Assembly: GCA_965153285.1 (NCBI GenBank)
Contig: OZ229112.1
Length of the DNA: 64,000 nt
Direction: 5' to 3' (one strand)
From: Podarcis tiliguerta
Lineage: Eukaryota
This document shows, piece after piece, positions 25,668 to 37,923 of the stretch (the first letter of the stretch is position 1; each line of letters opens with the position of its first letter). A program made the translations under genes and the position numbers. The notes under the pieces are model-generated. The model saw only the letters and a program-made list of their open reading frames with translations, made no database searches and had not been told where the DNA came from.

Positions 25668-27870
25668 CTCAGACTTGGAATTCCCCAATACTGCCTTGTG
25701 CCTTCATAGCAATTCCAGGCACTCTAATGATAGGTCAGATAGATCCACGCGACCAGACCACAAATCCAATATTTATTTAGCACTGTTTAGCATTATTACT
25801 CATTAAACCATTGTGTAATATTGCCATGATTATAGAATGGCATGCATGAGAAAAGCACTGCAGCATTTATAATATTCCATGTATTTATGTTCCTCATTTC
25901 AAAAGCTCTGTGTTGGTTCCATTGGGTTCCCAGTGGCTACTGGTTGTCCGCACTAGCTTCCCTTCAACAATGCAAATTACATTAAGAGCTAGTGCAGCAT
26001 AATGCTAATACAAAGAGCCTGAGCTGCAGACCTGGAAGTCTTCTTCCAAAACGTGCCTCTGACATAATATGATTTTGTTATTTCTTAAGGCCATTGGAGA
26101 AAGCAAGGTGCTGCCCAGTGTAAAACAGAATGAACCATGACAATGCCAGCGTGTTGTTTAACTAAATGGAAGGAAGGGAGGAGGAGGTAAGGAAAGACAA
26201 CGGAGGAGGCTTATTTGGGAATAAGCCCTACTGAACACAGTGGGAGTTACCTCCAAGAAAACATGCATACCAATTGCATTGCATATTAAAATCTCAGCAG
26301 GCCAGGGAAAACAGAGATGTTTTAAGGCGGCACTTAAAGAAGTGTGTGGACCGAATGCTGTCACTAATATGAGAAAAATGATACAGCCTTGCCAGGTTAT
26401 TGGAAAGAATTATTGAAATCTGCCTGCAAAATGTTTTGCACGGAGAACTCTAGAAGCACCATATAAATACGGCCTGTCACGTGCTTCCCAGTCTATTCCC
26501 TGCATAACAGATCATACGGGACTGGAATATGCGCCAGAGTGTGGGAGGAGGATTCAGTCTAAATGCGTTGCAGTTATAGCTGTAGTATTGATCACTGAAA
26601 TGGGGGTGGAGAAGGTGGGGGGGGGGAGAGAGAGAGACGCTGCCGGAGACAAACATAAAAACACCACCACCTACTCTGCGCTCTTCTCGCCCCCTCGCGA
26701 AGAAGGGCAGCCAGATCTGCGCACATGGAGAGCAGCAGAGGCCGGCTGCGCCCGGCGGCTTTCCTTCGCGCCTTTCCCGCGCCCCTCCTTGCTCCGGCTG
26801 CTGCAACAGCCTGCTCGTGCGCTCCCAGAAGGCGCTGGGAGAGGAAAGAAGCAGGGTCCTCTCCCGGGCATATCATCCCAGTCAGAAAACTGAGCAATGG
26901 TGGGGTCACAAAGCCTACCGAGCCTGATTTGTTTGTTTATGGGGTGGGCAAGAGGGCCGCGAATAACCTCGCCTCGAGGGGTGGCCGGGCAGGGCGGGAA
27001 AACGCGCTCCCTGAGGAGCCAGCCGTGTTATGCAGGGGCTGGAAGAGAAAAATAATAATAATCTGTAATTCCAAAGAGAAACCTGCCGAGATGATGAGGG
27101 GAGTCAAATTAGTATGAATAATGCAAAGCCCCTCACTGGGTGGGTGGGGAGAGCGGCTGGGCAAAAGAGGAGAGGAGGGGGCCGGAGTCGTTGCTAGGCT
27201 GTTGCGGGTGGCTCGGAGCAGAGGTCTCGCCCTCGGCACGAGGAGCCTCAGGTCACCTTTCAAGATTGAAATAAAGCAGGTCTCTCGTGAAAGGCCTCCC
27301 TCGCAGCTTAACTTTCCTTCAACTCTCCGCCCCTCCAGCGCCCTTGGTGTCTCGAGCCGGAGGGCAGCCCGGTCCCGCGCGGCTCTATTTCTCCCGCCTC
27401 AGCCCGCCCGCTGTGCCCCGCGCCCCACGAGCTGCGCTGGGGCGCCCCACTGCGCCGACCCCCCTTCGAAGCCCCCTTGGCCCCGTCCATTCCGCCTTCG
27501 CCAACCAACGCACGCAGCGGCAGCAACCGGTATCTTTGCGCCGGTGCCAGCCATCGAAACGGCCTCCCGAGAGTGGGAGCGCGGGCGAAACGAGCCGCAC
27601 GCTTTGCTTTCCAAGGAGAGCAGCCGAGGCACGAATGCCCTCGCCAGCCACCTCGCCCCACAGGGGACTTCAGCCCCTTAGCAAGAACAGCAGCGTGCCC
27701 CTCAGCACTCCAGAAACGGCCCCTTTCCACTGACCCCCACTCCCCCTGCGCAGTCCCAGGAAAGAGCCCTGTTTTCTCGCCCCGCCGTCCCTCCACGCGC
27801 GCGCGCAACACAGCGCGCCTCCCTGCCCGCCTCATGCGTCGCACTCGCGAAGTTTGGCGCTCTTGCCTGG

Positions 27871-27940
27871 TCCCCCACCCCCCCACGCCGTCCTTCCTTC
27901 CCTCCCTCCCTCCCTCCTTGCCTGCCTCCCTCCCTCCCTC
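27871..27940. repeat. Polypyrimidine (CCCT/CCTT)n tract in the promoter
   Basis: Read directly from the sequence. Confidence 0.85.
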
Positions 27941-27949
27941 CGCGCTAGT

Positions 27950-28571
27950 TACTGTTGCCGCGCTTCTGCTGCCGCTGCTGCCAGCGACAGGACAAAGGCA
28001 CATTAACACGTGATGGCAACTGAGCTTCATAAATGGGACCAGGAGGGAAAGAAGGGGTGTGCGGCGAGGCAAGCTGTTGAGGAGGGGAGACGTCGGGCAA
28101 CAAGCCGCAGCAGCCGAGGAGGAGGAGGAGGAGGAAGAGGAGGACGGGGCTTCGGGGAGGGCGCTGGGCACAGTTCCTTTTCCTCTCAGAGCTCCAGGAG
28201 CAGCGCAGAAGAGAAGCACATGGCGAGCGGCGCGGGAGACCGAGGCCGGCGCCAGACCTGAGGGGCCGAGAGGAACGCGGAGCTGCTCCCCTCTCCTCTC
28301 CCCTTCCTCCTACCTTCGCGCCGCCTTCTCATCCCCCACCCCTCCCCGTCCAGCCCTCCGCTCCCCTCCCCTCAGCCAGTGCCGCCGGGCGGAAAAGCTC
28401 GCCCCGCTCGCTGCCCGCCGAGGGTCAGCCTTGGAGCAGCAGCGCGCCTCCACCGCGAAGGGAGCGCGAGGCGCGAAGACCCAGCGCGCGCTCTCCGGAC
28501 CACCCCCGCCGCGCCGCCTCCCCTCAGCCGAGGGAGCTGCGAGAGACGGGGCCATGTGAACGTGGGGAAAG
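27950..28571 (+). other. CNR1: Probable non-coding first exon of CNR1 (5' boundary uncertain)
   Basis: A strong donor AAG|GTAAGG (GT at 28572-28573) lies inside the CpG island and is followed by intronic G-runs. It gives a 20.4-kb intron to the 49017 acceptor, in line with the known layout of a non-coding first exon about 20 kb upstream. The TSS cannot be fixed from sequence. Confidence 0.65.
28116..28144 (+). repeat. (GAG/GGA)n repeat in the putative 5' UTR
   Basis: GAGGAGGAGGAGGAGGAGGAAGAGGAGGA. Confidence 0.9.
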
Positions 28572-31500
28572 GTAAGGACGGGGGGGGGGGCGGGCAGCTG
28601 CTCTTTGGGCAAGGAGACCCGGGCGGGCAATGGCTATAGGTCAGCCAGGGGGAGCGGGGGGCGCCGTGTTGCTGCCCGCTTCGCCGCGCGCGCAGGGCTG
28701 GATGGAGAACCCCGCCTGGAACTCAGACCCGTCCGCCCAGGATAGTTGCGCGTGGAGTCGCGCGGTGCTCCGAATTTCAGGGGCGAGCTCCTTGAAAGGC
28801 GAGGACCTCGCTGGACTCGCCTCAAGGTGCAGGTTTCAAGGTGTTCCTCTGGGTAGACGCAAGCCCTTGAGAGTTCAGTCCTCAGAGCAAAATCTCCACT
28901 GATTCCTCTGTCCGGACTGCACCTTTGGATCCCGGTCATCAGCAGACGAATCGGTGGAAGTTGCTGCCAAGTAGCGTTCTCCGAAATGCCAATTAATGCG
29001 TGATCTGTTTCCCCAGGGGATAGATTTTTGGAAAGCTTTACTTTAGGAAGATCAAGTAGTTTATGTGTCACAGATAGGTAGCTCACTCTGTGTGTGCGAG
29101 AGAGCGAGCGAGCGAGCGAGAGCACATATGTTTATATACCTATATCCCACCCAACCGCTTTCTAATTATTGTTTGTATAGTATCTGTATTGTTGTAACTA
29201 TGAATCTTTTGAGAGCCGCCTACAGCAATTCAGGTATAGTACCAGATGCATAAATGCTCTGCACTCTCAAACTGGGCAATTTTCCTACAAAGGATCAGTG
29301 TAGGCATCTGTTTAAAAAATGGTCTGAAACGGAAAATCATAACAATTCATTGGGGCTTGTATGAAATCCACAGCACCTGATGAACCAGGAAAGTTTTTAT
29401 TTCTGTATTTGTGGCCCCAGAATATAAATGTCCACTCTAATGTCCTTTGTTAGGGAAAGAAAATAACCAGTCTGGAATTATACAGGAGCATAAAAAGGCA
29501 GAAGGTGACCTCAATTAACAGTCATTGAATGAATTAGTGCTTTAAAGGAGAGTCATTTGTGGACACTGAACCTGAGACCTCAGCCTAGACTTTGTTGCGC
29601 TTCACCCATTTGAGGTTAAAACTGCAAAGCGGTGTTCAGGTGGCTTTGCTAGATTTTGGCGTGTCTTATTTGCCGTTCCATTGTGTGATAGCACCATTGC
29701 TGGATACAAGAGCCGTAATCAAAATCAATGGATTCTTAAAAGCAACCAGAAATTTGCAGATGCTGTGTTGTGTTAATAAAGGTCCTTTGCATATGGCAAA
29801 TGGTGCACTGCTCTCTTATTTCCTTCGTGTTACAGGTATAATTGATCTGATCCAGAAGAGATCAGGGCAGAGTGACTATGTAATGAGGCAAGATTGAGTG
29901 AATGGAAAATATATTTTCTCCAGGTTCATTTCTTCTGTTAATGGATATGATCTTAACGGGGATGGGGGGGCACAGGGGGATGGAGGGATGTGAGATCTGA
30001 CAAGAGGCAGCTTTGTAGAAGCTAAAGACTGGTAGTTTTATGGCTAATATGCATTCATTCTCCTCCATACAGAACCTTTCAGAGCAGTCAACCTCTAGGT
30101 TCCCATAGGACTTTGTCTGACATAGAGGGTTTCGTCTTTAATCCTAACCCTTTGGTGATTAATAATGGAAGACATTCTTATTGATTTTTCCTGTATTATC
30201 TCTTCTCTCGCCTCTCCCCTTCCCTCCCGCCCCAACTCCCAACAGTTAAGGTTCTAAACAGCAGGAAAAGGCAACTATAGGATGTTGTTGTTTTTTTGTA
30301 CACTGGTGGTTATCCTGGATGCAGAGATGCTCAGTGAGGTATAAACAAAACACTGAGCATCCAATAGCCTCTAAATATTTGATGATTCCTCCCTACCATC
30401 CAGTCTAGTAGAATTATCTACAGCAAGTAAGAAATGGTTAAATCTTTGGTGTTAAGCATCAGGTATTTTGACAAACAAACTATTCTTTGGGTGGGCTTCT
30501 ATCAAAAGTACAAGCTACAGTGCAAAGCTTCCAGGGCGAGGTATGTCTCAAGCCTTGGATGAAATGATGATTTCTGACATCACTTTACTAATATACATAT
30601 ATATATAACTATATAACAACATTAGATGATAACTGCCATTATCTTGCTTTGAAGAATGCTATGAATTCTACTTTTAAGGAAAAAAATATGCCTTCAGCAT
30701 GCAATATGGCTTGGTTGCCTATTGTGTGGTTACTTTGAAAACATCTAGGAAAATAAATTCAATTAATCAGATTGGGGGGGGGTCTCTTTGGAGGTTTATT
30801 TATACATGCTAAGCCATAATGATGCAAAGTTTTATTTGTATTATGATGATTATGATTTAAAAGGCTTAAATATGGTGGTGGGTCGTTCTCACTCTTCCTG
30901 TATGTTCCTCCAGTGTTATTGTTCTTCTTTGCCTTAAAGAACAAGCACCTCTCTGTCTGTTGGTATTATTGCTGTTGTTGTTTGGCCTAAAGAACCCAGC
31001 CAGAGCAGCATTTTTAAAAAATGCATTTTAAGTAATAAGATGGTTAACACTGCAGCAATTAGCGGAGCTTATTTTTACACAGACTGCACATAATAGAAAT
31101 TACAGAGATGTTGCCTCTTCTACTCAGTAAGAAGAAGAAGAAATAGCAGTCATTATGGTGATAGGTCATGTTATGCAGCAAGTGTAAATTTACAATAAGA
31201 GAGAAAGCAGGAGTGTCTAATTAGCTTAAGCCAAATATGCACATGTAAAATTGCATTAACTCAAAATTGGCTTTGCAGCAAAAACACACACAGAGTCACC
31301 TTTTAGAATATATTGGGATGAAATGTAGAACTTATCTGAATAAAATGATCTTGAGCTGAATTTATAAAACCAATAATTTAATTTCAAAACTAATGAGCAC
31401 TGAAAAAGAGAGAAGTCTTCAAGGAATGTAAGATATGTTTTCTATTAAGATACGTCATCAACCTCCTGTAACACCTCAAATTGGAAAGTAATGGAAAAAT

Positions 31501-32104
31501 AACAAACCTGGAAAAAATCCAAGATCATGAGTAATATCCAACATTAATCATACTCAGTTTATACCTATGGAATCAAGGAATTTAAGTGCATTAATTGATT
31601 TCAGTGGGTCTGCTCTTGAGTATGACCAACGTTGGCTGTCACCTGCGCTCCTAAACATGTTTACTTGGGAATAAATTCCATTTCAAATAAAAATGCAGAG
31701 TATTGCACTGCAGGAGTGTGATGTCTTTGATTTTATTAGCTGTTGTTCTTTAAATAATTACATTGGTTCCATTGCATAAAGGACATCCTTACAAGTTTTT
31801 TTTTTTATGCTTTGCTAAATGGATGATGTGTCCTGGGCAAACTTTGCCGTTGTGTTTCTGAATTCAAATTTCTAATCAAATTCTTCCTACTTTCATATAT
31901 AAACATACTGTACTTTTGATTAAGAAAGCTCAGATTCTGAGATTGAATAGAAATTTTCAGTGCTGCTTTCATAACTGAAACTTTGAGTACTAGTCTCTGT
32001 TTGTGACTGAAGCAGTTTAGTCAAGAGATTAAAGTGAAGCAAAATCCTAGACAGCATATAAAACAGCATATAATATATAGATATGGTCTAAAGGCTGTCA
32101 CCCT

Positions 32105-32210
32105 TTCTGAAGTGAAGCAGGTCTGTATCTGGTCAGTGCCTGGATGGGAAACCTGGTTCACTGATGAAGGAAAGGGGTGATATAAATGAATTCTAAAAAA
32201 AAAAAAAAAT
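32105..32210 (+). mobile_element. 5S rRNA-derived SINE-like relic
   Basis: TCTGAAGTGAAGCAGGTCTGTATCTGGTCAGTGCCTGGATGGGAAACC resembles the 5S internal control region, followed by GGGGTGATATAAAT and an A run. Confidence 0.55.
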
Positions 32211-32942
32211 AGCTAAGAACTTTAGAGTTAACCCCCCCCCCCCCTTCAACCGTACAATTCTATTTCATCCACTCACTCCCACACTTCTCACTAATTTCTT
32301 ATGGGGAAAGGTTTCTTTTTTTTTATTTTTTATAATACCCTAAAAGATTCATGTCCTTTTCAAAGCAACTGATTCTATGAATTTTCTCCACCAAATCAAT
32401 CATACTTCAAAGCATCTTCAGAATTCATTTTTGTCTCTTGTTAAGGTGTGGGCCTTTTTCCGACTCTCCTTTGTTCGCGGCTATATTATTAGTTTTCAAA
32501 AACGTTCACTTTCAGAAGGATGCCATTTGGAGCAATTCCTTCATATTTCAGAGTTGCATTCTCCCCCCCACAAAAGTCATCCCAAAAAAAATTCTTATGC
32601 ATTCATTGTGAAAAGTTGAATATTTTACCTTTTTTGAAACTCAGGCATTGTACGGTCAACTGCTGCCAACAATCCTAACACTGGGACTCATCCAGGATTA
32701 AAGCAACTGTACAAATGGACACAGAAGACAGAGAGAAATGGGCCCTTAATTGCAACAATGCTGCTCTTGTTTTCTTACTTGTAGGGGACTAAACGTCTAG
32801 TTCAGAGCAGTTTTGCAAGCGTGCCAAAGCAGGCCCAAAATGATATTATGTTAATAAATTTGAATAGAAGCTGTGATAAAATTTAAGCTGTTCTGTTCTT
32901 ATACTGCTGGCACATTTGATGTTAGAACTAAGAGTTTGCTAA

Positions 32943-33120
32943 GGCTGCAGTCCTATACTCACCTGGGAATAACCTTCACTGGACTCAATGCAACTCATAG
33001 CTGAGTAGACGTAGTTAGGCTTGTATCGTAAGACTGCAGTCCTATAATGACTTACCTGGGAGTAAGCTCAAGTGAACTCAGGGGGACTTGCTTCTAAGTA
33101 GACAAGAACAGAATTGCTCT
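32943..33120. repeat. Two adjacent copies of a ~80-bp palindromic dispersed repeat
   Basis: GCAGTCCTAT..ACCTGGGA(G)TAA...GAGTAGAC.. layout. Related copies lie at ~40885-40960, ~26200-26280, ~31550-31710, ~21895-21955 and ~5198-5260. Confidence 0.6.
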
Positions 33121-35655
33121 CTCAGTGTGCATTTGGGGTTATAGTTGTGTGTGTATATAGTTGTGTTTCAAAGAACGCTTGATCTCAATAGAATAAAATA
33201 TGTGAAGTGATATTGTTACCAAAATCCAAAAGCTAAACACATCTATTTGCATGGAATTATTTGGGAATCAAGTCTATGGAACTGATTACAAGTCTAGGTT
33301 TGTAATCTGGAAGAACATTTTGTAAACTTTTTTCTTGAGTTAAAAGAATACAGTTACAAATTGTAGCATAGCCTTTTGTTTCTTTCTATGTAATAAAAGT
33401 AGCCTTTATTGTGCTACATTCCCAAATGGACCAGGTCCATGTTTTTCTAATATGTTACCCTATTGCAGGCCAACCAGATATAGTAGAGATCCAGACATCT
33501 CTATCTTTATTGATTATGTAGGAAACTTCAAATGTGCAGCACTCTACCTAAATCCCCTTTCTTAAGCAACAATTAAAGGTTCATGAACCCTGTTGTCTTT
33601 TGCATCTGATCTTCTGGCATCTGATCTCTTGGCAGGCCCCTGCAGAGCTTGCCTGAGGCCTGGGGTGGGAGTCTTAGAAGAATAAAGTTATAACCTCAAA
33701 CAATAAGCAGCTGGTCCAGCTTAGCCATCCAAGACCCTGGGCAAGAATATCTGGCTGCCCCCCCCCCCAGCACAGACTGGTCTGTTGATAATGAACAAAT
33801 TAGGTACTTCTGTATATCAATTTTATTCACTGAAAATGTACGAGGAAAAGGCCGTACCAAAGCTGTAATATTTTACATGATCTAGAAATGACCTTATCTG
33901 AAGCAATCATGTGTATTGAGTTAGTCATGTTTACTAGAAAGACTTGGGTAGACGATGCTGATTAAGTAACACTATAAAAATCTTATTTTAGCCCAGCTGG
34001 AGTAAATTTTCACACCTGCATTTTAGGAAAGCTTGCAAAGCTTTTCTCCCCTTGATGACTATGTTAAATTAGTACGGAATCGTTATTTTTAGTCACGTCT
34101 GCCTGTTTTTAACATAGTGTGCAGATAGGTTAGATCTACTGTATCCACCATGAGCTAGAGAAGGGGAGAAGGTGATATTTGCAGATGCAAAGATCTTCCC
34201 TCTGCATTTCCCCATGCAGAACAGCTTGGGAGTGAGGGCATGGGCCCCAGGGGTAGAGAGAACCCTCTTCCACTCAATCCAGGGGAACCTGCTTCTGGAT
34301 CTCAGTCCCTCATGTGGACAGAATGAGCTTTTCCACTTGCAGAAGAGCAGCTCTGGGTCCAACTTGGTGTGTGGAGAGCAAATTAAACGTATTAGTATAA
34401 TCTCAGTGGAGCCCCGTCACCCCATCCCTACTTCTGTATCCCCTCTTTTCAGAAAGCTTTTTTGTATGAATTTCACATATGATAGACATTCCACATGAAG
34501 TGTTTCTGGCATGTATTAAAACACACTGGATATTTCTCAGCTTCATTGTTTGCACTTCAGCATTAACAATTTTCATTTGCTGATACCAAGAACTACCTCA
34601 ATATCTGTAAGCTTTCCATTGCTCAAGTGAGCTGGCATAATAGTTGTTGTTTATATGTGTGCAGAGTGAGTTAATCTACTCCCTTTAGCATATGGAAATG
34701 CATTTTTACATTAAACATATATTTTCTTTGCAGTTGAGGCTTGCAGATGTGACATCACCCACGTTTTGTTGTTCTGAATAGTATTATCCACTATAATTCT
34801 TCCTTTTTACATAAGCAGAAGCATCTGCATGTTTTCAATGTATGCTGCATGGCCCAACAATCTGGTGTGATATCTTGAAACGCTAGGAAGTATCTGTTTC
34901 ACCAGCTATTTGTTTCCCTTAGGGTATGTATCTGAATACCTACTTAACTTGAATTCAGCTTTGAAGAGAGGCATAAAACATCATCTTGAGAAGTGTTCAT
35001 CACTTAAGCTGATGACAGAGAGTATGTTTTCTTTCTTTCTTAACAGCAGAGTTTTACCAAGCATGATAATGCATCAATGATTTCCTCCATCGGTTTAATG
35101 TTAAGAAAATGCCTTTGCAGTTGCGTTCATCACTACTTGTAGTCTAAAAAAACAAGACCGCAACTGGAGGTTCTTGGGTTAAATCCAGTTACCAAAGAGG
35201 TGGCACCTGTCCCTACACTTGCCAGTCTAGAAGCAAAAGAGGTGAAGAGGTTTGGATAAGATGGCATCTGTGGCAACAGCCTCTTTGACAGACCTGCACT
35301 AGGGTATGTGGCTTGAAATATTGTCCCAAAACCCTTTTCAGAGTTGATATTGGGTCTATGAAACTTTTACATTACAGTATTGCCTCATGGCCCATTCATG
35401 TCTCACATATAAACTTGTATATTTAATCATTCTATGAATAATTTAACTTCCCATTGTGGATTGAGTTCTGGATTGTCTCCAAAATCATAAAACACCAACA
35501 ATTTCCTTAATGAGTAGTTTGTGCTCTTTCAAAATCAGCTCTTTCTTTGAGAAAACTGACAATTATTTCTCAGCTTTTTCTTGGTGCTATTACATCAGAT
35601 TCCATTTCACGCCTCTCATCAGACCAATCTGCATTTATCATTTGACAGTATGCTG

Positions 35656-35970
35656 CAGTGGTTCTCAAACTTTTCTCTAGGCCACAGTTTCAGAATGAAA
35701 ATTTGCTCGCACCACAACTGAATTTTTAATTGATCAGAAATGCAGTGGAAAATAACAAGAAACAACTCCCGGCAGTGCTTGGTTTATATCACAGAACACA
35801 GTCACTTTATAATATGATCACGGGACATCCAGAAAGTATAAAACAATAGCTTTGTAGGAACATGACTCATTCCCAAATATAATTTTGGTTGCCTTTGAAT
35901 CTTCCCACTACATTTGCCACCCTCTCCTGCAAAACCAGTGCGACACACCACACCCTTTGAAAAACCACTG
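35656..35970. mobile_element. Non-autonomous hAT element (315 bp)
   Basis: TIRs CAGTGGTTCTCAAA / TTTGAAAAACCACTG, with an 8-bp TSD GTATGCTG / GTACACTG. Confidence 0.88.
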
Positions 35971-37894
35971 GTACACTGCAAACCTATTACATTGAAAATA
36001 CTTCTCTCCATGTCAAATCTGGCTGGGAAATCAATGATACTCATTATAGTTTTGCTGATACGTTATATCAAATATGTTAACCATTCTACAAATGGACTTC
36101 TGAAGTATATGCTTAAAATAAGGCACGTAGTCAATACTTTTTACCTCAGTTTTACTTTTGGTAGAAAATGGCTGTTGTTCCCAAAATTCATGATGTGTTT
36201 CTTGCCTCTTCTTCCGTCCATAACCCTGCCACCATCCATCATGCTGGCTCTCCCTTTCCTCCTACATAAAACAATTCACTACTTCATCTGCAACATTACC
36301 TTAGGCCTCCAGCATCTCATTTGTACTGTCTGATGAAATCCATATCCATACTCCAAACATTATTGTCCAGAAAAAGGGTCATTTCTTAAATATAATTATA
36401 CATGAATGAAATACAGTGGTTTATGGTTTCCCTCAAGCTTTAACTCTAATCTTTAAGCATGTTTAGTTGGGTCAAAGGTTCAACTTTCCATCATTACCAC
36501 CTTTCCATATTACTTGTCTTGTGTCTTTTTATATTACATTTTTAATATTTGCAAGATATTGTAACCCCCTTGAGCCCCTGAGATAGGATATAGCTTAGAT
36601 CTAAATAAATAAACGAGAAGACATATCCTCAAAAACCTTCAAATACTCTGTATTCTTTATAAAATTCAATTAAAAAGTGCCCTTTTTAAAGTCGTCTGTC
36701 AACCTACTTTAAGCTAGCTCAAGAATCTTCCCTCTTTTTTTCCTTCAACAGCTTGATTAGAGATGTAAAATATCTGGAATTTTTGAAACCATGGGGGATC
36801 TTTTTTCTGGAAGAAAGCACATTTTCCAGAAATTTCTTTAAAAATTGAATATTTCATTAAAGCACTACATATCAAAGGTCACTTCATTACTTAAGGAACA
36901 TAAAATGCATCATGTATAACTTGGTTTGCCATAGAATGATCATGTCTGGTACATTAAAAGTGCAGTTAATTCAGACAGTGATTACAAATTGAATTTATTC
37001 TTTACATTTTTTGTTACAAAAGTAGCTACAAGTTGATGAGCACTAAGGAAGCTAGAATCTCTTTGATTTTGTCAGTTTACGAGGTACAGGCAAAAACCCA
37101 AGAAAAATATAAACCAACAGTATTATAGTAAAACAAATTATTATTTATTCTGCAAATTATTTTGTCTCTTTCCAGTCCTTCACAGTATCAAGCAGACATA
37201 AATCATTCATTTTCATAAAAGTAGGGGAGGGGAGGGAAAACAATACTAAATGACCACTGCATGAAATTCGATCAGCGTCTTTTTTTAAGCTACCGTTATC
37301 CATATCCGTTTCTTCATAACTGTCATCATATTTATCATGAATTACTGAAAACTGAAGGTTTGCCCAATTTCAAAAAGTTTCCTACCTTTTCACATTTTTG
37401 TTTATTTTTTGATTTAGTGTTAGTATTTCCAAACATAGATCATTTTCTTTAACATAATGCAGAAGAAGATGGAGGAACCTAAAGTAGGTAAGAAGCAAGG
37501 AGATTTGGGAGGCTGTGTTGTACAAAGGCCTTGCCGCCATGTTGCGGGACGACTATGCTTGGCAGAATCTCAGACGACATTCCTTGGCCAAATACTTGAA
37601 GATGTTCTGCAGTCTGCAACATTTGAAAGTCCCTTTCCAGCATCAAGCGTGCTGCTTGTTTTGTAATCCAGTCAAATGCAGAAATAGTGCTATGATCACT
37701 TACATTTCTGCTTTTGAATCTTGCATCCAACAGATTTACAGCAGTGTGAACTAGATGGCAACAAAATTAATTGCTTTGTACTGTCTCCCAGTCCTTTAAG
37801 TTTTGAGTTTTTAAAAATATTATAATTTAGTACATTTACACCCCACTTGTCTTCCATCATGGAACTCAACAAGTACACCATCAAGACTTACAAG

Positions 37895-37923
37895 ATAATA
37901 ATAATAATAATAATAAATAATAA
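37895..37923. repeat. (TAA)n microsatellite
   Basis: Read directly from the sequence. Confidence 0.95.

Larger units (their letters stand above)
26600..28900. promoter_or_regulatory. CNR1: CpG island / CNR1 promoter region
   Basis: The only long GC- and CpG-rich stretch in an otherwise AT-rich, CpG-depleted window. It contains an E-box CACGTG (28007-28012), a TATA-like CATAAAT (28028-28034) and GC boxes. Boundaries are approximate. Confidence 0.85.

Noticed and set aside
1-26500. Exons of neighbouring genes (RNGTT upstream; SPACA1/AKIRIN2 downstream in other amniotes)
   Set aside because: No ORF in the track here or after 57.3 kb resembles these proteins. Short spliced exons or lncRNAs cannot be excluded without transcript data.
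27308-28219. 303-aa minus-strand ORF and other long overlapping ORFs across 26.5-29.1 kb
   Set aside because: These are low-complexity Arg/Gly/Ala/Pro translations in many frames, expected from stop-codon scarcity in a CpG island. No domain is recognisable.
32105-32155. 5S rRNA gene
   Set aside because: Only a diverged ~50-nt internal piece with no 5' half or T-run terminator; better explained as a SINE relic.
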